64,000 nucleotides of DNA from the NCBI RefSeq assembly GCF_030028105.1, contig NC_092383.1, positions 87,625,921 through 87,689,920 of the forward strand, given 5' to 3'. Under the pieces are notes generated by a model. It saw nothing but the letters and a program-made list of their open reading frames with translations. It ran no database searches and had not been told where the DNA came from. Each line of letters opens with the position of its first letter. Position 1 is the stretch's first letter. Source of the DNA: Mobula birostris (taxonomy: Eukaryota). Shown here one piece after another: positions 11,301 to 23,300 of the stretch. The position numbers were made by a program, and so were the translations under genes.

Positions 11301-14300
11301 TCCCCCCAAGTATTTCACCTTTCACCCTAAATCTTTAACCAGTGGTTCTAGTCTCACCCAACTTGAGGGGAATAAGCCTGCAATCATTCACCCTATCTGA
11401 CACCCTCATAATTTTGTATGCCTCTATAAGATCGCCCCTCATTCTCCTGTGCTTCAATGAATAAAGTCCTCCCCTATTCAACATATCCCTTTAAGTCAGG
11501 CCTTCAAATCCCAGCAACTCTGTGTGAATTTTCTCTGCCCTCTTTCAAGCTATTGATACCTATCCTGTAATTGGCTGAACAGAACTTCACACTAAACTCC
11601 AAATTTGGCCTCACCATTTCTTATACACCTTCAACATAACATTCCAACTCCTCTACCCCAGTGCCTTGGTTTATGAAGGCCAATGTGCCTTATTAGGTGG
11701 CAGGGTGGAGACATGTGTCCACCAAAGGATGTGTAATGTGCTCCTCTCCTCCACTAGCCTGAAGTCACCCTTGGTCAAGCTATAGCACCTGCTTAGCCCC
11801 TCGATCAGGGTCACCTGAAGCTATAGGAGCAGCTGGTGGATGTTCGTATGAGCAGCTGGTGCACATCACAAGTTCTGGCTATGCGACCACTGACGCCAGG
11901 CAGACAGTTTTTGAAAAGTTCTGGTAACGGCTGGGGTCACCTATCTTGTAAAGACACTGCCCAGAAGAAGGCAATGGCAAACCACTTCCATAGGAAAATT
12001 TGCCAAGATTAATTGTGGTCATGAGACCATGATTGCCTATGTCATACAACATGCATATAATAATAATGATGGTGATGAATGTGCCTAAAGCTCTCATTGC
12101 AATCCTATCTACCTGTGATGCCATTTTAATGATTTGCAGTCAGGTCTCACTGCAGTACTGAGGAAATCAGAAGTGCTGTTGTTCAGGCAGAAGTGTAAGA
12201 TACATTCATTATCCTCAAGGGAGTATGGAAGTGCTCCCTGATAACATCATTTGTTTGCTCATTATGTGCTATGTTGTATGATGTGCAAGATCATGGTCTT
12301 TCCATGACCAGAATTGTCCTTGGCAAATTTTTCTGCAGAACTGGTTTGCCATTGCCTTCTTCTGGGCAATGTCTTTACAAAATGGGTGACCCCAGCCATT
12401 ATCAATACTCGTCAGAGATTGTCTGCCTGGCGTCAGTAATCGTAGGACTTGTGATATGCACCAGATTCTCATATGACCATCCAGCACCTCCTGGAGGTGG
12501 AGGGAAAGAGCACCCTACACCTCCTTTGGTAGAGATATATCTCCGCCTCGCTACCTGCCTGGTAACCTAGGCAACATTTATCCTGTGACCAGCATCACTA
12601 TTGCTGGTCATGATCACACTGTTGTCTGTGGGATCTTGGAGCATAGAACAGAGCAGCCCAGCACACGAACAGGCCCTTCTGCCCACAATATTGTAATGAA
12701 CTAATTAAACTAGTAAGTAAGTGTCTAACTAAACCAATCCTTTCTGCCTACTCCAAGTTCATATCTCTCCGTTCTCTGCACATTCATGTGTCACTTGCTA
12801 TGCATACTGCATATTAGCTGTTGCATTCCCCACACTACACAACGTCTAAACTTGAGAAAGCATCTAGCGCTTTCCCAGCGTATATAACAAATAAACTCTT
12901 CTCAGAGTTCAAGCCAGGGTACAGGTATCGATTATAACAGACATCTCGATGATAAGCTCTTCAGTTACTGTGTTGAAAACCAACGAAAGTTGCAAAAGGA
13001 GTTTTGCAAGTGCCAAATGTCTATACCTCTTTCTTACAGACTTGTATAACATTTTGGCAAGGGTTTTTTTTTAACCAGGGCTAACTCTTTTCTCTTCTCT
13101 GCATCATAGACCCTTTTCCAAAATTGTGCTCATTGTCGTTGTGGTTCTCCTCCTGGTGCTTTTCATATGTCTGATTTGCTATTTAAAGAATAAATACAGA
13201 CGTGAGTACAATACCTATAATTCTCTGAGGTTAATTTAATGGTATGCATAATAATTGGCTGGAGAACATTAAGAGATTATAGCAGCACAAAATGCTGAAG
13301 GAAACTCAGCGGATCTAGCAGCATCTATGGAGGGGAAATGGACAGTCAGAATTTCAGGTCGAGACACTTCATCGGACTGAAAGCTAGAAGGGAGAGAGCC
13401 AGAGGAAAAAAGGTGGAGGAATGGGTGGAGCAGAAGCTAAAAAAGCAGTAGGTGTATCACGATGAGGAGGATGATAGGCTGATGGGGACATGATAAGTGG
13501 AAGTAGCAGTAAACCGTAACTGGTTCTTATCAGCAAAGATCCAGAATTGAAATGCTCTTATCCAGGTGAAAAAAAAAGCAGCAAAAAATAATGAAGTTAT
13601 GATTACAACAAGGTGACAGCTATTTTATCCCCTCTGTATATTACAAGTGGCAAACTCCACATTGGTCTGGCACGGCAAAACTATATGACACTCTAGTGAT
13701 TGGGTGGAATAAGAATGAGATGAGACTTGCCCATTCACCTGCTGAACTAGGTTTTGGGGAATTAGCTGTTGTATTTGACACAACAAGCTGAACTTCTCAT
13801 TTATTCTCCATTCAATTGTGCTAGTAGTAGATGGCAAGTCATATCCACTTTAAGAGAATTACGTAGGAAGTCAGATGATAATGGGAAGCCCTGGTATAGG
13901 GTCTCAGCCCGAAACATCAGCTCACTGAGTTCATGCAGCAGATTGGTGTTCCAGCAATAACAAATATTGGAATGTTTAATGTGCACTTGAACAGTGCAGA
14001 GATCTTTGCTGGACTGTTTCTCACAATAAAATCTAATTCTGTTCTGCTTATGAGTAGAGGGTCTGCTAAAAACCAAGACAATTCTCTCCATCATAACATG
14101 GGAGGAAATGTTTTAATGGGTAACCTTTAATGGCGAATGCGTATTCATCCGATTCTTGATCAGATTTATTAAGGACGTTGTACAATGGGATTATGCTTAT
14201 TCAATCATGAAGTTGCTGAGGATACTTGAATATTATATTTTTTAAAAAATGTTCAAAGGATTTCCTTGTTTCACAACTCTCAAGAAGTTAGTTTATGATG

Positions 14301-17300
14301 AGAACATTAAATGTGTTTGATCTGGTGATCTGAACATAAAGTTCTTTGGAACTGGAATCTAGAAGCTAAGCCAGGTGGCATGCTGTAAAATCCACAAACT
14401 AATCTCCATTTATCCTGTGCCATAGATTTTAAAAGTAAGCTATTGCTGAGCTAGTTTACAGACAAAGGAATTGTGTTTACCACACCACAGATAGCACAAT
14501 TATTTACTTGCAAACAACAGGAATTCTGCAGATGCCAGAAATTCAAGCAACACACATCAAAGTAGCTGGTGAACGCAGCAGGCCAGGCAGCATCTCTAGG
14601 AAGAGGTTACGTCGACTGTACCTCTTCCTAGAGATGCTGCCTGGCCTGCTGCGTTCACCAGCAACTTTGATGTGTGTTGCTACAATTATTTACTTGATGC
14701 ATTACTCAACAATTGACTTCTAAGAAGAACGCAGCTTCATACAGAACAGAAACCACTTCTGAATTGTAATCAGATTCAGAATCAGACTCAGGTTTAATGT
14801 CACTGGCATATGTCGTGAAATTTGTTGTTTTGAGGCAGTAATAATAAAGTAAACCATAAATGACAATAAGAAATATGAATGTAAAAATTAAATTAAATGA
14901 GTAGTGCAAAAAGACAGCAAAAAAAGGAGGCATGCCTAAAGAAGGCACAAACTAAATTTGATCTTAGTGGTATCAAGGTCACCACATAAACGTTGCAGTT
15001 ATCTCTGCACGTCCACACTGCAGATTACTAACAGATGTTTCTCTTATTTTTATACATTACTTTATATCTTTGCTGTTTGACCAATTTAATGATGAAAAAA
15101 ATATAAAGTCTTACATTATGACACAAAGGCTAAAAGACAATATAAAGTGCACATAAACAGGGCAAAGTTCATTGAAAGCTGCACCAGATTGGGAAATTGA
15201 TTGAAGAAGTGTCAGGACTTTGGGGTCCGTCCCTCAGTTGGTCGTTAGAAGCCCTCAGTGGGCTTCTGGTTTCTAAACGTTTTCACCTTGTGTTACTTGT
15301 GTGGTAATTTACTACACCTGTGTTCAGTTATTCTGAGTATTTAAGTTGTGTGAATTGTACTGTTCTTTGCTCACTCTTTGAGCCAACACTTGATAGTGTA
15401 ACACACATAAAAGTTGCTGGTGAATGCAGCAGGCCAGGCAGCATCTCTAGGAAGAGGTACAGTTGATGTTTTGGGCTGAGACCCTTTGTCAGGACTAACT
15501 GAAGGAAGAGCTAGTAAGAGATTTGAAAGTGGGAGGGAGAGGGGAGATCTGAAATGATAGGAGAAGACAGGAGGGGGAGGGATGGAGCCAAGAGCTGGAC
15601 AGGTGATTGGCAAAAGGGATATGAAAGGATCATGGGACAGGAGGCCTAGGGAGAAGGAAAAGGGGGAGGGGGGAAGCCCAGAGGATGGGCAAGGGGTATA
15701 GTGAGAGGGACAGAGGGAGAAAAAGGAGAGAGAGAAAAAGAATGTGTGTATATAAATAAATAAATAATGGATGGAGTACAATGGGGAGGTGGGGCATTAG
15801 TGGAAGTTTGAGAAGTCAATGTTCATGCCATCAGGTTGGAGGCTACCCAGATAGAATATAAGGTGTTGTTCCTCCAATCTGAGTGTGACTTCATCTTTAC
15901 AGTAGAGGAGGCTGTGGATAGACATATCAGAATGGGTCTTTACAGTAGAGGAGACTGTGGATTCTTTACAGTAGAGGAGGAGGCCTTTTTCTCCCTAGGC
16001 CTCCTGTCCCATGATCCTCTCATATCCCTTTTGCCAATCAACTGTCCAGCTCTTGGCTCCATCCCTCCCCCTCCTGTCTTCTCCTATCATTTTGGATCTC
16101 CCCCTCCCCCTCCCACTTTCAAATCTCTTACTAGCTTTTCTTTCAGTTAGCCCTGACGAAAGGTCTCGGCCCGAAACGTCGACTATACTTCTTCCTAGAG
16201 ATGCTGCCTGGCCTGCTGTGTTCACCGGCAACTTTGATGTGTGTTGCTTGAAATTCCAGTATCTGCAAATTTCTTCGTGTTTGTGACTTGATAGTGTGTT
16301 AGTTTTGTAATCCAATGCCATTTTGCTTTAGAGTTTTTTTGCAAAGCACAAAAAAATGCTGGAGGAACTCAGTAGGTCAGGCAGCACCTATGGAAAAGAG
16401 TAAACATGGTGTTTTGGGCTAGACCCTTCAGGACTGGAAAGAAAGATGAGGTCAGAGTAAGAAGGTGGGGGAGGGGAGGAAACAGTACAAGGTGGTAGGT
16501 GATTGGGGGAGTGGAGGGAAAAGCTGGGAAGTTGATTGGTGAGAGATAAAGGGCTGGAGAAGGGGGAATCTGATAGGAGAGGACAGAAGGCCATGGAAGA
16601 AAGAGAAGGGGGAGGAGCAGCAGAGGGTGGTGATGGACAGGTAAGATAAGGTGAGAGAGGGAATGGTGAAGGAGAGGGGGAGGCAATTACTTGAAGTTTG
16701 GGAAGTCTATGTTCATGCCATCAAGTTTGAGGATGCCCAGATGGAATACAAGATGTTATTCCTCCAACCTGAGTGTGGCCTCATTGCAGTAATAGAGGAG
16801 GCCATGGACTGACATGTCAGAAGGAAATGGAATGTAGAATTAAAATGGGTGGCCACAGGGAGATCCTGCTTTTTCTGGTGGATGGAGTGTAAGTGCTCAT
16901 CAAAGCAATCCCTCAATCTATGTCGGATATACAGGAGGCTACTCCTAGAGCACATGATACAATAGATGACCCCAGCAGACTGACAGGTGTAGTGTTGCCT
17001 TACCTGAAAGGACTGTTTGGGGCCCTGAATGGTAGTAAGGAAGGAGTTTTAGAGGCGGGCATGGCTCATGTTCTGCTTGCAAGGATACGTACCAGGAGAG
17101 AGATCTGTGGGGAAGGATGAATGGACAAGGGAGTCACGTAGGGAGTGATCAGAAAATGGTAAGGGGCGGGGGAGGGAAAGGTGTGCTCAGTAGTGGGATC
17201 CTGTTGGAGATGGCAGAAGTTATGGAGAATTATGTGCTGGATGCAGAGGCTAGCAAAGTACCTACCTGAATATTCATTTTTGTCTCCTGCATGATCTCTG

Positions 17301-20300
17301 CACTTGGGTTCATTTCTCATTCAGTCCCTTGTGTACAGTGGTAGAGTTCTAGACTGCCATGCTGGAGACCTGGGTTCAAGGCCTGACAGGATGTCACCTG
17401 TACATTGATACAGAGTTCAGCAGAAATGAAGTTAGATAGAAACTTTATAAAACATGGAATAAAAGGCAAACTGCATGAGTAACACAGTGGGACAAACAGT
17501 ATCTGTGGGAGTTGGGGTGGAGGTGCAGAAATTGTTACTGTTTCAGATCAGGATTATTATTTTTTGTTCCTGATTCCAGAATCTGCAGCTTCTTGTGTCT
17601 CTGATTATACAATATAAGCCTGGCTGCAATTGGAGTATTGTGGGCATTGTACTTAGTTGTGGAAGCTTGAAAGAGTTAGGGAAGGAATTTATGAAAGACA
17701 TTTAAGGATGAAGGACTTCAGTCCAGTGGTTCAATTGCAAGGTATTGGAACAGGAAAAAAATTGCAAAGAGATTGACAGCAGTGCTTAAAATCAGAAAAT
17801 GAATACAGAACAGAGACTAGCAAAGGGCAAAAATGATTGGTGGATACAGAATGAGTAATTGACAAAAAAAAAAGTAGCAGGTGTATGTGTCCCAGGTTGC
17901 TGAGAAGTTGAAATTGCAAAGACCTTGGACATGATCCTCAAAGCACCTGTAGTTGCAGAGCTGGTGAAGCTTGAACTGTGCTAGTATGGACAGAGTGAAC
18001 ATGTCCTTCCATAAATCTGTGAGCTTGAACAGTGGTGGTGGTTAGCATTTGCCTTTCTAGAAGGACAATGGGTGATGATCATCATCATCATCACAAGCCT
18101 GGGTGGAAGGTATGAAGATCCTGAGATGCCCAGTCATCAAGATCCCCCTCTTGGCCTCACCAGTGTAGTCCAAAGGAAAGCTTATGAAGCAATTTGTTTG
18201 GCACCAGCTTGGCTGCAGGAGCTGCCAGAAGGATATTCAATGACGTCCAGCTGCCTTATGGGCTCGACTCCAGATTAAATCTCTGGGTTTACTCCCGTAG
18301 CCTTCATCTCTCCTGAGGCTGCCCACAAGGCAATGGGGCTATTTACCCAAAGCTGGCGATCTGGTTCACTAACACCAGGGCGCGTCCACGCACTAGTGGG
18401 CCTCTGTGCTACATGTGCAGGGGCCAGACCTCCTCCCTGTCCTCCGTAGTTCAGCCTGAGTCCGAGAGGAGTTCAGTTTCCGTGTGTTGCCAGCGAGGAG
18501 GCACCACATGAGTCTTGCTGTTGGAGAGACTGTGTACAGGCAGGGAGAGACTTGCACAGCCAACTCTCCATTTTGCAAATTCTAGCCAGCGGTGGCATCT
18601 GAAAGTGAGAGCGACAAGCTCTACCCACTACACCACCATGCATCCCCTTGCACAGTGGCAGCTTCTACTTATTCCCAGAGCCTAATAAAGAAAACACTGT
18701 TTCTGGCCCCTGGAGGGCATGGGGTAATTTTCCTGCCAATAACATACTGAGTCTGTGTAGGTTATGCACAACTTTTATACAACTATCCTCCAAGCCATTG
18801 AATAAAATCTCTGTTCCATAAATGGTATTTTATATACAGGCACATAATGCCGGAGGAACTCAGCAGATAAGTCAGCACACAGGGAAATGAATAAATAGTT
18901 GACCTTTTTAGTGAAGACCCTTCTTCAGGAAAGGAAAGGAAGGGGGAAAGTGAAAGAATAAAAAGTTGGAGGGTGGGGAGAGAGAAAGGAGGGTAGCTAG
19001 AAGGTGACAGGTGAAGCCTGGTAGCCTACAACCTGATTGCAAGAACATTGTATTTTTTTTTCCTTTCAGTATTTTTTCTCCCCCTTCCATCTTCTATTCC
19101 CCACTCTGACCTCTTGTCTCTTCTCTTCACCTGCTTATCACATCCCCCTAGTGCCCCTCCCTTCTTCCCTTTCTCCCATGGTCCACTCTCCTCTATCAGA
19201 TTCCTTCTCCAGCCCTTTAGCTTTCCCACTCACCTGGCTCACCTAGTCCTCCTTCCCCTCCCCCCCCACCATTTTATTCTGGCATTGTTCCCCTTCTTTT
19301 CTAGTCCCAAAGAAGGATCTCAGCCCGAAACATTGACTGTTTGTCCCTCCAGCATTTTGTGTGTGTTGCTCTAGGTTTCCAGCATCTGCAGAATCTCGTG
19401 TTTATGATGAGGCGTGCTGTTTTGCAGTTTTTCTAGATAAGTAGTTCTTATCTTGCTCTTTGGGTTGGGTTACTACTTCTCCAAATTTGTGTACCTTTAT
19501 TGTCCATTTGTTCTCTTTTCATTTCCTCTCAATTTGTTTTGGTGTTACTGTTTGATGTAGCAATGCATTCTGATTGTCATATGTGTTCCTGTTGTCTTAT
19601 TTCATTGGCTTAATGTAATGATTCCAACTAATAATTCCTCTTTGAGGATGGGGCAGCAGCTTTCCGATGATTTGCTCCATTAGACAGTGAAGGTGAAGGT
19701 TACTGAGTTTCTAAGCAGAGACCAGACCAGGTTTTTGCTCTACATATGGAATCCTTCTGTAATTCTGCTGAAGTTCTCATGAATATAATGTTCTGCATGT
19801 ATCACACAGATGATTAAACATGGGTTTGATATGACCCTTTCAACAGTAACACTGTATTTTCCAGAATCCAAATGGAACATACTTCACAGAGAAGGCAAGA
19901 ATGAAACCCAGGTAAGGATGTGAATTGTCTGGGTGTTTGAGAATTTACGTGGAATTACGCATCATCCACTCTAACATTACAACCACACACAAATCGCCTT
20001 CCACTCTTCTTTGTTAAACCCCATCAGCATATCCTTTAGGTTTTTTCTCCCCCTTGTTTCTGTCCAACTTTTCCTGAAATCCAAACATGATATTTTACTT
20101 GAATAATCTTTGGAGTGAATCAAATATTTAATATCCTTACTGACGGGTACCAAGTGATGGTGGTCCTGACTCTACTGTTAGAGATGTGTAATTTCTTACA
20201 TTAATGTAGCCTTTTTTAGCGATATTTTCCTAATGTACAGCAGGTTTTTTCCATATTACTCCCTTACTAATTTTCAGCTGGAGTCCCAATTAATTGAATC

Positions 20301-23300
20301 TATTGTTACACTGAATAATTTGGGTCAGTCTTGTCAGTTAACATTAAAATCTTCATCTGTTCCCTCTCTATTTTTTCAGGGGCTACTGCACCTATCAAAA
20401 TGTTGGAATTCTCTGGTCTGCCATAGATTTTCTAATGTAGCACCAGCAGTTTTCTTTAAGTGAAATTATTTAAAAACTAGATTACTTTGGGCATAGTACG
20501 TCTAGGTGTTTAATGGTAAAAATGACACCCTACACAATGCCATAATATATGATGTGGATGTCACCATCAAAAACTATGTTCAGAGTTAAAAATAAAAGTA
20601 CACATGGACTAAGATGTTAACTGTCCTGTGCTATCACCAGTGGGATCATCAGTTGATCTGCCACCCGTCTTCAGGAGTTTCGGCCCGCTGATGATCAAGA
20701 CTCCCTCGAGGTGGTGGGCCAGCAGTGCTAAAGCACCACCTCCCACGGGTGAGCTTAAAAACTTGGCATCTGCCTCTATCAGAGTTCTTCATTGCTTCCA
20801 TCCAACAGATAGTCTGCTCTTCAGGTGTCTATGCAACTACTGAAGGGTTTGCAAAAGATAGATACACTGTCTGACTATCTGCCCCTCTGGACGTACTTGG
20901 TCCACACCCATGCTGATCCTTTCTCTGCTGCCTCAGCTACAGCCCTGCTGGTTGACTTGATCTCTCTTCTAGTGAAGCCAAGGTCACACAGCCACTTCTG
21001 GAGAGTGAACACAATAAACCCACAGCAGCCTACTTCATATGGATAGCATGAGACCTTCCACCCTCTGTCTCTGCACTCAGATCTTAATTCTGCATACTTG
21101 GTTAACTTGCGCTCATGGGCTTCATCGATGTTGTCTTCCCAGGGGACTGTGAGTTCACCAATAACCGCTTCTCTACTGGTGTCAGACCATAGGATTATAT
21201 CTGGACGCAATGTGGTGAAAGCTATTTGCTCTGGGAAACTGCCTTTCCCATCCAGGTCGGCCTTGACACATCAATCATTGGCTGAAGAAAGTATGCTTGA
21301 TCGTGAGCCTGCGCTGTACACTCTTGACTTGGAGCCTTCTTTCACAAATGATATGTGATGTTCTGTGCAGCATGGGGCATGAGATAACTTGTGCTGCAGT
21401 ACTCTCTGCTCAACCGCTTCTGTTACAACCTTGAGAATGTTGTTATGTCCCCAAGTGTACATGCCGCTGGAAAGATTGACTCTGCATGCACTCAAAATAT
21501 GTTGGTGTTCCCTTCTCGCCACAAGCAGCACACCTGTCTGTCTTAACTTCATACCAGGTGCTGAGGTTGGCAGGTGTTGGGAGCAGATCGTACGCTGCTC
21601 TGCGTAGAAAAGAAATGCGGAGTGGTTCCATCTGCCACAGAACATTCCAAGATAGATGTCATTGTTCAACACTTTCCCACCAGATCCAAGCCCCTTGTTT
21701 GGCCAGGCCAGCTGTTTTAGCTAACCTCTTCTCCTCTTCTACCTTTCGTACTTCTTGTGTTACAAGCTCACAGTGATCCTTACCTGTAGAAGATGACCAC
21801 CACTTGTGGGTTGTCCATCCAAGTCCCTGGTGGCCTAGCTGGATAGCCCCAACCATCTCCTTGTGCTTCAATCAAGACTCTGCCTCATCAACTGCTACAT
21901 GGGCTGACCACTTCCTGCCTGATCTCACATCCGGCTGGGTGTTCTTGATGACAGGGTCTTTTGAGTCTCGAAGCATCAAGAATGATCTTACCATAGCAAC
22001 ATTGACCTCTTCAACAAGGGATTGCACTGGGATGGTAAGCTTTGTCTGGCTGCTGTGGTTTGCAACATTGGTGAGGCTGCTTGGTACTCCAAGCCACTTC
22101 TTCTCATACTTGTTGATCTTCCATTCCATTGCCTCAACATGGGACATTGCCACTTCATAGACAGTTAGTGACCACATTATCCGTGGCATCAGTCCGTACT
22201 GCAAGCACCACAACTTCAACTTGCCAGGCAAGCCACACTTGTCAACAGACATCAGACCTCTGCTGATCTGTTCTCCTGTCTCTTGAACCCTCTTGGTGTC
22301 TCTCATCTCCTCTGTGTACCATCGTCCGAGGCTCTTAACTGGTTGGTCCTGAATGGATGGAATCTCCTCTCCACAAAGGGTGAAATGAAAGTCAACCAGC
22401 TTTCCTCTCCTAAGAACAAGGCTCCTTGACTTCTTGGTCTTGAACTTCATTCTTCCCCAATCCATTAGCTCCTCGAGTCTAGATAGTACATTTTCCACTG
22501 CCTCTGTGCTGGGACCCAAAAGGGTGAGATCGTCCATGAATGCTCATATTGGTGGTAACTTCTCCCAGCCATCAAGTGCGACACCTGGTCCTACTAATTC
22601 TGCAGCCCTCACAATGACCTCCATGGCTAACACAAAAAGGATGGGTGAAATTGCACATCCCATTGGGATTCCAACATCCAAGCTCTGCCACCTGGTTGTA
22701 AACTGCTGAGTGGAAAACCTTATCTGGAAATCGTTGTAGTACTGCATAACGAAGTTCCTCAGCTTAGCAGGAATCCATAGGAATTCCATCGCAAACTCAA
22801 TCAAGACATGGGGAACAGAACCATACGCATTTGCCAGATCAAGCCAAACTACAGCCAGATTTCTTCTCAACCTTTTTGATGCCTGGATGGTATGCTATAT
22901 CATACTAGAATGTTCAAGGCAGCCTGGGAAGCCTAGTATTCCTGCCTTCTGCACAGATGTATTTACTAATCCATTCTCTATCACAAATGAAGAGATTCTT
23001 TCTGCCAGAATGCCAAACATAATCTTCCCCTCTACATTCAGGAGTGAAATTGGTCAGAACTGATTCAATGTAGAAGAATTCTCTTCCTTCGGGATGTATA
23101 CTCCTTCAGCCTCACTCCATGACAAAGGAACAACACCTTGTCTCTATACCACCTTTAACAATCTCCACAAGTATTTCCTCAGTTCTTCACACTTCTTGAA
23201 CACCTTATACGGCACTCCATTAGGTCCTGGCACTGAGCCTGACCTTGCCTTTCTGATGAACCATTCGACTTCTGCCAATTTGGGTTCTGACAGATCGAGC

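Noticed and set aside
15371-16686. Several Pro/Leu/Ser/Phe-rich or Gly/Arg-rich ORFs (also at 19026-19374, 45035-45490, 53562-54013)
   Set aside because: Translations of the purine/pyrimidine-skewed Penelope 3' region, repeated across copies; not host genes.
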